From the NCBI GenBank assembly GCA_045541915.1, contig JAZQJZ010000007.1, forward strand, positions 32,781 to 96,780: a stretch of 64,000 nucleotides of DNA. Reading direction: 5' to 3'. The stretch is from Eubacteriales bacterium (GTDB taxonomy: Bacteria; Bacillota; Clostridia; Oscillospirales; SIG627). The number at the start of each line of letters is the position of its first letter. Position 1 is the first letter of the stretch. The translations under genes were made by a program, and so were the position numbers. Positions 44,554 to 52,755 of the stretch are shown piece by piece. Under the pieces are notes generated by a model. The model did no database searches and had not been told where the DNA came from. It saw only the letters and a program-made list of their open reading frames with translations.

Positions 44554-45717
44554 TTATTTTTTCAGAAGATCCTGAAGATAGGTGACCAATTTGTCTGCCG
44601 ACTTCTGATGCTCTTCTGCATTGGGATAACGAACCGTGTTGGTTCCGCCGGAGCCACTCTGGCCATATTCAGCCTCAAAGGCATAAACGCCTTCCATTCT
44701 GGAGGCCATTGCCTTAATTTCCGGAACGCGGTGAGCAACATAATAGGTGCCGTAAACCCAAACCACAGGAACATCTTTTCCATAGTAAGAACGGATCAGC
44801 TGGATGAATTCTTCTCCGCGAAGAATGAAATCGCCTCTGGAAAGTTTGGCAACGGTATCATCCATACCCACATGAATCACAATCACATCGGGTGTTCTCT
44901 CAGGTGTATAAAGGAACTCTTCATCACGGTAAGCATTGTGCTGAGCGTAAAGAGTCTGTATGGTGTGAGCACCGGATTTCAAAACCATACCGATCTGGCT
45001 ATGAGCCACCACGGAATAGTCGGCGTCCATTTTTTCACTCACCAGATAGGGAAGGGATGCAGTGAAACTGCACTCATCGTTAATGGAAGAGGAAGAGCCT
45101 TCATTGCCCAAAGCACCAAAGCCGGTGAAGTATCCGTCACCAACAAACTCAATGAGCATTTCCTTCTGATCCGGAGCAGTCTGATCGGTGATGGTACCGC
45201 AAAGGGTCAGGTTCAAAATATTATTGTAGTTGCTACGGGTGGTACCCATCTGCGTATCCTTGATCACACGGATGGTATGTTCCCCTGCAGAAATTCCGCT
45301 GACGATCACAGTATCCTTGTTACCGTTGGTGATCTTAATACGTTCCGGCAATCTCTCGCCGTCCAGATAAACGATCCAGTAGGAAGCGTAGTTAAAACGG
45401 GTACCCATCGAGACGTCAGAGCCGTCTTCTTCTATATTGACATTCACTTCAAAGCCGGAACCGCACCATTCAGCAACCAAAAGACCGCTGTCATTGATGT
45501 TGGTTCTTTCGCCGATCAAGCGGAGCTTATCGCCATGATCCTTGAATGAGAGCTTCTTCGGTTTTACTCCCGTTTCCTCTTCCGTTACCGTTTCCACAGT
45601 TTCAGTGGCGGTTTCCACGGTTTCTTCCAATCCTCCCAGAGAAGAGCCGCAGGAAGCCAGAGATAAAATCATGGAGAGAAGAAGTACTCCGGCCAGAATT
45701 GTTCTTACCAGTTTCAT
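44554..45717 (-). CDS. Lipoprotein with CE2/SGNH-hydrolase-like architecture; catalytic motifs appear substituted
   Basis: Start at MKLVRTIL (AAGGAGA RBS), lipobox LSLASC. IEFVGDGYF stands where GDS is expected, GMDD replaces GxND, and RYPNAEEHQ replaces DxxHP. Confidence 0.65.
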   Translation of the reverse strand: MKLVRTILAGVLLLSMILSLASCGSSLGGLEETVETATETVETVTEEETGVKPKKLSFKDHGDKLRLIGERTNINDSGLLVAEWCGSGFEVNVNIEEDGSDVSMGTRFNYASYWIVYLDGERLPERIKITNGNKDTVIVSGISAGEHTIRVIKDTQMGTTRSNYNNILNLTLCGTITDQTAPDQKEMLIEFVGDGYFTGFGALGNEGSSSSINDECSFTASLPYLVSEKMDADYSVVAHSQIGMVLKSGAHTIQTLYAQHNAYRDEEFLYTPERTPDVIVIHVGMDDTVAKLSRGDFILRGEEFIQLIRSYYGKDVPVVWVYGTYYVAHRVPEIKAMASRMEGVYAFEAEYGQSGSGGTNTVRYPNAEEHQKSADKLVTYLQDLLKK

Positions 45718-45968
45718 GAAATGTCTCCTTTCAAAAAAACAAATCCGTTGTCCATCAAACACGGGCATCAAAAAGAGTCTGCCCCGTATAATATGTTCAT
45801 TATATTTTACCATGAGAATGAGCATCTGTAAAGAGGAAATTTTCCTATTTTTTTAATTGTTTTTTAAGCACATTCCCCAAAAACGGCATTTCCCAAAAAA
45901 AAGCAGAAAAAGAAACACCAAAGAAGAAGGGGCATATAATAAAATGGGGAGCAAGAGAGGAGAACTTG

Positions 45969-46166
45969 ATGCAAACCTTCGTGATTCGTTGTCCCTCTGT
46001 TACCTATGCCCAAAAGGGGCAAAAAGTAATGGAGAATGCCGGCTTTCGTGCACGGCTTACCCGCGCCGGTGCCCACGGTTGCGCCTACGGACTGGAAATC
46101 AACGCCCCCGATCGGAGCGAAGCGCTTCGCCTTTTAGAAGAGGCGGGCGTCATCTTTATTCTGTAA
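45969..46166 (+). CDS. DUF3343-like small protein (putative S/Se carrier-like)
   Basis: 65 aa. RCPSVTYAQKGQKVMENAGF...GCAYGLEI. Sits immediately upstream of a class-V aminotransferase, the usual context. Confidence 0.6.
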   Translation: MQTFVIRCPSVTYAQKGQKVMENAGFRARLTRAGAHGCAYGLEINAPDRSEALRLLEEAGVIFIL

Positions 46167-46187
46167 TTTTCATTTGGAAGGAGCTCT

Positions 46188-47324
46188 ATGATCTATCTTG
46201 ACAATGCGGCCACCAGTTATCCAAAGCCCGTTTCTGTTCTGAGAGAAACCCTCAACACCCTCACAGCTCCCCTGGGCAATCCCGGCAGAAGCGGACATTC
46301 CGCCTCACTTTTTAGTGGCAACGTGGTGTTTCGCGCGCGAGAAAGCCTCGCCCAGCTCATTGGGCTGAATCGTTGCGAAAGGATTGTGTTCACCAGCGGC
46401 GCCACCGCTGCCTTGAATCTGGCCATTACCGGAACCTGCCTGGCGCTTTGTGAAAAGGGTCACACTCCTTTCGTTGTCACCAGCGTTTTTGAACACAATT
46501 CCGTTTTACGTCCCCTTTTTTCCTTGGAAAAAAAGGGCTTGATCCAACTTTCGGTTCTATCGCCGGAAAAAGACGGCAATCTTTCCGCGGAATATTTGGA
46601 ACGAACCAGACCCGATGTGGTAGCCGTCACCTGCAAATCCAATACCACCGGCCACCTGTTCCCCTTAAGACCGGTCTTTGACCGCTTGCGAAGGAAAGGC
46701 TGCATTGTCATTTTAGATGCAGCACAGGCCATGGGCAGCCAGATCTGCACCTTTGCCGATACAGGCGCTTCCATTCTTTGCGCCGCCGGTCACAAGGGCC
46801 TTTTTGGCATGATGGGCGGCGGTTTTCTGGCCCTCCGCGAGGATCTTCCCCTTCTTCCCGAGCCCATTTTACTGGGCGGAAGCGGAAGCGAAACCTTCAA
46901 CCCCTCGATGCCTTCCGTCTTGCCCGACCTTCTGGAAGCAGGAACCCTGCCGGTTCCCGCCATTGCCTCGATGGATGCCGGTGCTCGCTTTCTTCTTCGG
47001 GAAGGAGTTCAAGGAATCTGGGAGAAAGAAAAAGAAGACAAAAGAATTCTCACCGAAGGAATCCTTAATCTTCCCGGATTTCTCCTTTATGAACCGGAGT
47101 ACAAAAGCGGCCCTGTTCTGTTTAACCGGATCGGTGTAAAGGCGGAAGAGCTTGCCGCCCTATTGGCGGAAAAGGGCATTATGGCGCGAGCCGGGTTTCA
47201 CTGTGCTCCCTTGGCCCACCGCTATTTGGGAAGCGAAACATCCGGTGCAGTGCGCCTATCCCCCGGACTTTTTACCGAAAAAAAAGACCTTTACCGCACG
47301 CTTTTTGTACTGAGCAAATTATAA
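46188..47324 (+). CDS. Class-V aminotransferase / cysteine desulfurase family protein
   Basis: IYLDNAATSYPKP, a PLP-lysine region AAGHKGLFG, and ARAGFHCAPLAH (active-site Cys loop). Confidence 0.85.
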   Translation: MIYLDNAATSYPKPVSVLRETLNTLTAPLGNPGRSGHSASLFSGNVVFRARESLAQLIGLNRCERIVFTSGATAALNLAITGTCLALCEKGHTPFVVTSVFEHNSVLRPLFSLEKKGLIQLSVLSPEKDGNLSAEYLERTRPDVVAVTCKSNTTGHLFPLRPVFDRLRRKGCIVILDAAQAMGSQICTFADTGASILCAAGHKGLFGMMGGGFLALREDLPLLPEPILLGGSGSETFNPSMPSVLPDLLEAGTLPVPAIASMDAGARFLLREGVQGIWEKEKEDKRILTEGILNLPGFLLYEPEYKSGPVLFNRIGVKAEELAALLAEKGIMARAGFHCAPLAHRYLGSETSGAVRLSPGLFTEKKDLYRTLFVLSKL

Positions 47325-47360
47325 AAAAAAGACCCGTTGCGTTTTGCAACGGGTCTTTTG
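47323..47360. terminator. Bidirectional terminator
   Basis: A8-GACCCGTTGC-GTTTT-GCAACGGGTC-TTTT. Confidence 0.8.
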
Positions 47361-47369
47361 TAACACAAA

Positions 47370-48491
47370 TTAGTGGCAGATGCAGATTTCGGTGTCCTTA
47401 TCGAACAGGTGAAGTCTGTTCACATCGAACGCAACCTTTACAACGTCGCCAACTTTTGCCTTGGATCTGGGAGATACTCTGGCAATAAAGTTCTGTTCCT
47501 GAGAGTTCAGATACAGGAAGATTTCAGCACCCATCAACTCGGTTACGTCAACATTTGCTTCGATTACCCAATCAGAGTACTGAGACAGATACATAGGATC
47601 GTCGTGAATGGCCTCGGAACGAATACCTGCGATCACTTCCTGACCGATATACTTCTGAACTTCGTCATTCTCGCACTTCTCCTGAGGAAGCTTGAATTCG
47701 TGGTTCTCGCCAAAAGTGAAGTAAACAGCATCATCGCCCTTCTTCTTGATCAGCTTGCCGTTGAAGAAGTTCATCTGAGGAGTACCGATAAAGCCTGCAA
47801 CGAACAGGTTTACGGGCAGATCGTACAGATTTTGAGGAGTATCTACCTGCTGGATGATACCGTCCTTCATAACCACGATTCTGGAAGCCATGGTCATAGC
47901 CTCGGTCTGGTCGTGGGTAACGTAGATGAAGGTGGTCTGCAGCTTCTGATGAAGCTTGGTCAACTCAGTTCTCATGGAAGCACGGAGTTTTGCGTCCAGG
48001 TTGGAAAGAGGCTCGTCAAGAAGGAATACCTTCGGTTCACGCACGATGGCACGACCCAGAGCAACACGCTGTCTCTGACCACCGGAGAGAGCCTTCGGCT
48101 TACGGTCGAGAAGGTGAGCAATGTCAAGAATACGAGCAGCTTCTTCCACTCTTCTCTTGATTTCTTCCTTGGGAACCTTTCTCAATTTCAAACCAAATGC
48201 CATGTTTTCAAACACAGACATATGAGGATACAGAGCATAGTTCTGGAACACCATCGCAATGTCTCTGTCCTTAGGAGCAACGTCGTTCACCAGTCTGTCG
48301 CCGATGAAGAGTTCGCCTTCGGTGATTTCTTCCAGACCTGCTACCATACGAAGGGTGGTGGACTTACCGCAACCGGAAGGACCTACCAGGATGATAAACT
48401 CTTTGTCCTTGATTTCAAGGCAAAAGTCGGTAACTGCAGTAACGCCGCCGGGATATTTCTTAAAAATATGTTTTAAAGATACGCTTGCCAT
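47370..48491 (-). CDS. Orphan sugar ABC-transporter ATPase (MsmX/MsmK/UgpC type)
   Basis: [34 protein letters not shown], and a C-terminal TOBE-like domain. No adjacent permease genes. Confidence 0.9.
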   Translation of the reverse strand: MASVSLKHIFKKYPGGVTAVTDFCLEIKDKEFIILVGPSGCGKSTTLRMVAGLEEITEGELFIGDRLVNDVAPKDRDIAMVFQNYALYPHMSVFENMAFGLKLRKVPKEEIKRRVEEAARILDIAHLLDRKPKALSGGQRQRVALGRAIVREPKVFLLDEPLSNLDAKLRASMRTELTKLHQKLQTTFIYVTHDQTEAMTMASRIVVMKDGIIQQVDTPQNLYDLPVNLFVAGFIGTPQMNFFNGKLIKKKGDDAVYFTFGENHEFKLPQEKCENDEVQKYIGQEVIAGIRSEAIHDDPMYLSQYSDWVIEANVDVTELMGAEIFLYLNSQEQNFIARVSPRSKAKVGDVVKVAFDVNRLHLFDKDTEICICH

Positions 48492-48788
48492 TTTTTCCTC
48501 CTAAAAATAGACATAGGGATCTCCCTACGATTTACAACATCATTATCTTAACAAATTTTTCACTCAAAGGAAAGATGTTTATTTCCCAAAAATCCAAAAA
48601 ACAATTTATGTATTTTCAACAAAATGAAAAATTAAAATTATAATCGATATTAAAATTATATTGGAATTCAACCACTTTTTAGTTTTTATTACATATTTTC
48701 TATTTTCACAAATTATTTTTTATACGATGTTATTGTTAAACAATAAAAAATAAATTTCAATTTTATTCACAAAACTTCCGATTTTTCC

Positions 48789-48818
48789 TTGCAAGGCAGG
48801 TGATTTTCTTGGTATAAT
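48789..48818 (+). promoter_or_regulatory. Promoter upstream of 48852
   Basis: TTGCAA-18 nt-TATAAT with TGn. Confidence 0.5.
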
Positions 48819-48851
48819 GAAGAAAATTTATGGTATAAACGAGGCAAACGA

Positions 48852-49211
48852 ATGCACTTCAACAAACGAATCTTCTCCATTTTACTGGAGAAAGCAAAGG
48901 GAGACCGCTCCTGGCGGCAATTCGCAATGGATTGCGATATCAGCTATATTCAGATGAGAAAGCTGGCGCTGGAGCAACAGGAAAATTCTCCCCGAAAGAA
49001 ATTAATGACCAAGATCGCGCAAAATGCCGCAGGCGGCATCACCCTGGAGGATCTGATGTTCTGCTCCGGAGTGGGAGAAGAAAATGAAGAGAAAAAGCCC
49101 TCCGGTGCAGCCGGCCGTTCCGGCGATCTCTTGAATGAAAAATTCCAGTCCCTCTCTATGGGTCAGAGAAAAATGGTGCTGGATTTCATTGATTTTCTGG
49201 TGGCACGATGA
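48852..49211 (+). CDS. Hypothetical protein (possible N-terminal HTH)
   Basis: SWRQFAMDCDISYIQMRKL looks HTH-like. ATGA overlap with the polyprenyl synthase start. Confidence 0.45.
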   Translation: MHFNKRIFSILLEKAKGDRSWRQFAMDCDISYIQMRKLALEQQENSPRKKLMTKIAQNAAGGITLEDLMFCSGVGEENEEKKPSGAAGRSGDLLNEKFQSLSMGQRKMVLDFIDFLVAR

Positions 49212-50296
49212 ACCAGGCTCTCCTTTCTTATTTAAAAGAGACCGGCGATAAGATCCTTTCCTACTACAAGGAGAATCCTCCCTTTGCCTTGACCCCGGCA
49301 GAGCTAATGGAAGGAACCTTCGTTTATTTCGAACGCGGCGGAAAGCGCTTGCGTCCGGCCATCTGCCGTCTTTGTGCCGGCATTTTGGGCGGAAAACTGG
49401 CAGAAGATGAAGCCATTCCCTGTGCCTTGGCCCTGGAGCTTTATCACAACTGGACCTTGGTTCACGATGATATGATCGACCACGACGATACCCGTCGCGG
49501 AAAAAGCGCCGTGCACAAGCTGATCCAGGATCAGTTTCTTTCTCAAACCGAGAAAGAAGTCGCCCAGGAATACGGCTTCGATGCCGCTCTTCTGGCAGGC
49601 GACGCCCTTCACAGCGCCTCTATTTCCTACCTTTCCCATCTTTCGGATACAGGATTTGTTCCGCCGGAGGTGACCTTAAAGATCATTTCCCTTTTGGAAG
49701 GGGAATACGGCCCTCGGCTCATCAGCGGAGAAACCGTGGATACCAAAAACGGCCTTCTTTACGGGGCCGATGGCTTCTGGCGCCTCACCCGGGAGGAGAT
49801 TGTGGATATGATGGCCGGCAAAACCGGCGCTCTGTTTGCCATCAGCGCTCTTTCCGGCGCTCTGATCGGTGCCGGGAATACCAATACAGAGGATCCCAGC
49901 GTGAAGACTCTGGCCCTGTTTGCAGAGAATTGCGGCATTGCCTTTCAGCTTCAGGATGATATTTTGGGCATTACCAGCACCCAGGAAAAGCTGGGAAAGC
50001 CCATCGGCAGTGACATTCGCGAAGGAAAACCCACCTTGCTTTTGCTTTCCGCCTATCAAAATGCCTCGCCACAAGAGCAAGCCTTCTTGCGCCAGGTGGT
50101 GGGCAGATCCAAAAATGAAGAAGAAATTCTTCGGGCTAGAGAAATTCTTTTGCGTTGCGGCGGTGTGGAAAAGACAAAAGAGATTGCCAAAAAGCACCTG
50201 GACAAAGCCGCTCGGTGCCTTGCTGTTTTGCAGGATTCCCCAGCCAAGAGCTTGCTTTCTGCTTGGTGCGACTTTATGCTGAATCGAGATTTATAA
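49208..50296 (+). CDS. Polyprenyl diphosphate synthase family protein
   Basis: First Asp-rich motif LVHDDMIDHDDTRRG, second FQLQDDILG. Confidence 0.9.
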   Translation: MNQALLSYLKETGDKILSYYKENPPFALTPAELMEGTFVYFERGGKRLRPAICRLCAGILGGKLAEDEAIPCALALELYHNWTLVHDDMIDHDDTRRGKSAVHKLIQDQFLSQTEKEVAQEYGFDAALLAGDALHSASISYLSHLSDTGFVPPEVTLKIISLLEGEYGPRLISGETVDTKNGLLYGADGFWRLTREEIVDMMAGKTGALFAISALSGALIGAGNTNTEDPSVKTLALFAENCGIAFQLQDDILGITSTQEKLGKPIGSDIREGKPTLLLLSAYQNASPQEQAFLRQVVGRSKNEEEILRAREILLRCGGVEKTKEIAKKHLDKAARCLAVLQDSPAKSLLSAWCDFMLNRDL

Positions 50297-50311
50297 AAAA
50301 TAGGAACGGTT

Positions 50312-51649
50312 ATGAAAAAATTTCTTTCTCTTATTCTGGCTCTGACCTTGCTTTTCCCCCTCTCCTTCTCGGCAAAAGCGGAGAAGGATGCCATTTACGA
50401 TCTGGTGCTGGATTCCCAAGGAGCTTATGTTTTCAATCTGGAAACCGACACTGCCATTTATGAAAAAGCACAGGATTCCAGAATGTTCCCCGCCTCTACC
50501 ACCAAAATCATGACGGCTTTGGTGGTACTGGAGAACTGTCCCGATCCCAAAAACACCTTCATTACAGTGGAGGACACGTCCCTGTTCCGATATATCATCG
50601 AAGACGGTGGTGTTCATATGAGCCTGATGAACGGGGAAACCTTTACTGTTTATGACCTTCTTTTGGGTCTGATGATCAATTCGTTCTGCGATGTGGCAGA
50701 GCTTCTGGCCTATCACTTTGGAAACCGGAACGTCGAAAATTTCATCGAAATGATGAACCAGCGTGCCCACAAGATCGGCCTGGAAAACACCCATTTCGAA
50801 AATGCCCACGGGCTACATTCTACCAACCACTACTCCTCTCCCCGGGATGTGGCACTTTTTATGGCAGAGGCTATCAAGAATGAAACCTTTCTGGAGATTA
50901 TCTCCACCCGGAAATACACCATTCCGGCCACCGGCCAACGAGGTGAAAGGCAGCTAAATCACACCGTCAATATTTACTCCGAGAAAAATGACTATTATTT
51001 GGATGCTTTTGTGGGCGGAAAATCAGGATTTACCGATCAAGCCGGACGCTGCCTTGCTACCTATAGCACAAAAGACGGCATTTCTTATGTTTCGGTGCTG
51101 CTGGGTGCCAATATGGATACCAACCGGAACTATTCCGGCAATATGTCTTATATTGAGACCCACACTCTCATCTCCTACGCTTACGAGCACTTCCAGATCC
51201 AGACCGTTTTGGAAAAGGGTGCCCAGATCGGCCAGATTCCCGTTACCGACGGTGAGGTGTCTCTCCCTGTTCTGGCAGGAGAAGAGATTCGGGTTTTGTC
51301 CCGAAAAGGCGAAACTCCCGGATACTTCGTTTTACTTCCCGAGGCGATTTTGCCGGATAAGGTCAAAGACGGAGCCGTAGTGGGTGAAGCGAAATTGATG
51401 TTCAACGGCGAAGAAGCGGAAGGCTCCTATCCCCTTGTCCTGTCCTGGGACGGAGTTCCAATCACCACCAAATCCCAAATTCAGAAGGGGGCGGAAAGCG
51501 CCTGGGGTTCTGTTTCAAAAATTTTCCAGACCGACGAAACTTTTTTAACCCTTCTGATCCTATTGATCTTCATCGTTGCTCTTTGTATTCCGGCTATGAA
51601 GATCACCCGCATTCTTCACAAGAAAAAATCCCATCGACCCAAACACTGA
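50312..51649 (+). CDS. Serine-type D-Ala-D-Ala carboxypeptidase (PBP5/DacB-like) with C-terminal TM anchor
   Basis: Signal peptide, SxxK ASTTKIMT, and KSG FVGGKSGFT. Confidence 0.85.
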   Translation: MKKFLSLILALTLLFPLSFSAKAEKDAIYDLVLDSQGAYVFNLETDTAIYEKAQDSRMFPASTTKIMTALVVLENCPDPKNTFITVEDTSLFRYIIEDGGVHMSLMNGETFTVYDLLLGLMINSFCDVAELLAYHFGNRNVENFIEMMNQRAHKIGLENTHFENAHGLHSTNHYSSPRDVALFMAEAIKNETFLEIISTRKYTIPATGQRGERQLNHTVNIYSEKNDYYLDAFVGGKSGFTDQAGRCLATYSTKDGISYVSVLLGANMDTNRNYSGNMSYIETHTLISYAYEHFQIQTVLEKGAQIGQIPVTDGEVSLPVLAGEEIRVLSRKGETPGYFVLLPEAILPDKVKDGAVVGEAKLMFNGEEAEGSYPLVLSWDGVPITTKSQIQKGAESAWGSVSKIFQTDETFLTLLILLIFIVALCIPAMKITRILHKKKSHRPKH

Positions 51650-51652
51650 AAA

Positions 51653-51688
51653 TAAAAAGAAAGCAGAAATTTCTGCTTTCTTTTTTTC
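51653..51688. terminator. Bidirectional terminator
   Basis: GAAAGCAGAA-AT-TTCTGCTTTC flanked by A/T tracts. Confidence 0.8.
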
Positions 51689-51689
51689 T

Positions 51690-52157
51690 TTAGAACTGTT
51701 TGAAAAAAGTTTCGTCAAAGGGAAGAGAGATCACAAAGCGCATTTCCAATTCCGGATCAGGAAAAGGACAAAGCCCCTGGTGAAACTGTCTTCTGTCCGA
51801 AACAAAGACCATACTAATCCCTGCTTTTTCCTCGCTTCTTCTGGGCTGCGTATTCCCTCCTCGAAGGAGAGTTCCGCAAAGACGCGCGGAGCAAAGAAAC
51901 AGAACCTGGCCATTTTCATCCGGCTCTGTAATGGGTCTGGCCAAAAACAGCTTTGACGGATCAATGCCCAATTCGCCCAGGAACAAAAGAGCTTCCTTTT
52001 CAGCCTTTGACAACAGATACCGAAAGAAGTTTGCCCCCACATCGTTTCCGCTGTATGGGGGGATCGCACTGTACTGTTTTCGGTTTTCCTCTACATCCAC
52101 TTCCAGGATGTAAGAGCCAATCTCAAAGCGCGTCCCTGTCTTCTGCAAATGTCTCAC
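51690..52157 (-). CDS. Hypothetical protein
   Basis: GTG start that would overlap the yigZ 3' end by 35 nt, so the true start is uncertain. No motif recognised. Confidence 0.4.
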   Translation of the reverse strand: MRHLQKTGTRFEIGSYILEVDVEENRKQYSAIPPYSGNDVGANFFRYLLSKAEKEALLFLGELGIDPSKLFLARPITEPDENGQVLFLCSARLCGTLLRGGNTQPRRSEEKAGISMVFVSDRRQFHQGLCPFPDPELEMRFVISLPFDETFFKQF

Positions 52158-52755
52158 CTACTGTTTTTAAAATAATTTTACCGCCTGAAAGATCTGAAAG
52201 AAGCACTTCCAATTCCTCTTTTTCCTTTTGGGAAGTCAGGAGGGAAAGCTCCACTTCCTCTCCGAATTCCTTTCCCATAACGCGATAGGAACGGGCATTC
52301 AGCTCAAATTCCACCTTGGAAAAAAGCGGATAGGGAATCCGTACCTTGGTAATATAAACCTTGGAAAATTGGCAGATTCCTGCTGCGCGCACCGCATCCC
52401 GCGCCCCTCTGGCATAAGCTCTGGCAAGGCCGCCTGCACCCAAAAGAATTCCGCCGAAATATCGGGTCACTACCACGCAAAGGCCGGTAACCTCTTCCTT
52501 TTTCAGAACTTCCAGCATTGGGATCCCACCGGTTCCCTTGGGTTCCCCATCGTCATCAAAGCGTTGAACCGACCCTTCCCGATTGATAAAGGCCGAAACG
52601 TGATGCCTGGCATCCGGATCGATCCTCCTTGATTCCTCCACAAACGCCTGGGCTTCTTCCCAAGTTTGACAGGGCTTTACCCTGCCGATGAATTCACTTT
52701 TCTTTTCCACAAAGCGACTTTCCGCAAAGCCGCAAACCGTCCGATACCGCTCCAT
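52123..52755 (-). CDS. yigZ: YigZ/IMPACT family protein
   Basis: DARHHVSAF, DDDGEPKGTGG.PML, VVVTRYFGG.LLGAGGL.RAY. Confidence 0.85.
   Translation of the reverse strand: MERYRTVCGFAESRFVEKKSEFIGRVKPCQTWEEAQAFVEESRRIDPDARHHVSAFINREGSVQRFDDDGEPKGTGGIPMLEVLKKEEVTGLCVVVTRYFGGILLGAGGLARAYARGARDAVRAAGICQFSKVYITKVRIPYPLFSKVEFELNARSYRVMGKEFGEEVELSLLTSQKEKEELEVLLSDLSGGKIILKTVGETFAEDRDAL

Noticed and set aside
47373-48476. 367-aa plus-strand ORF nearly coextensive with the ABC ATPase gene
   Set aside because: Shadow ORF. The minus strand carries the Walker A, signature and Walker B motifs.
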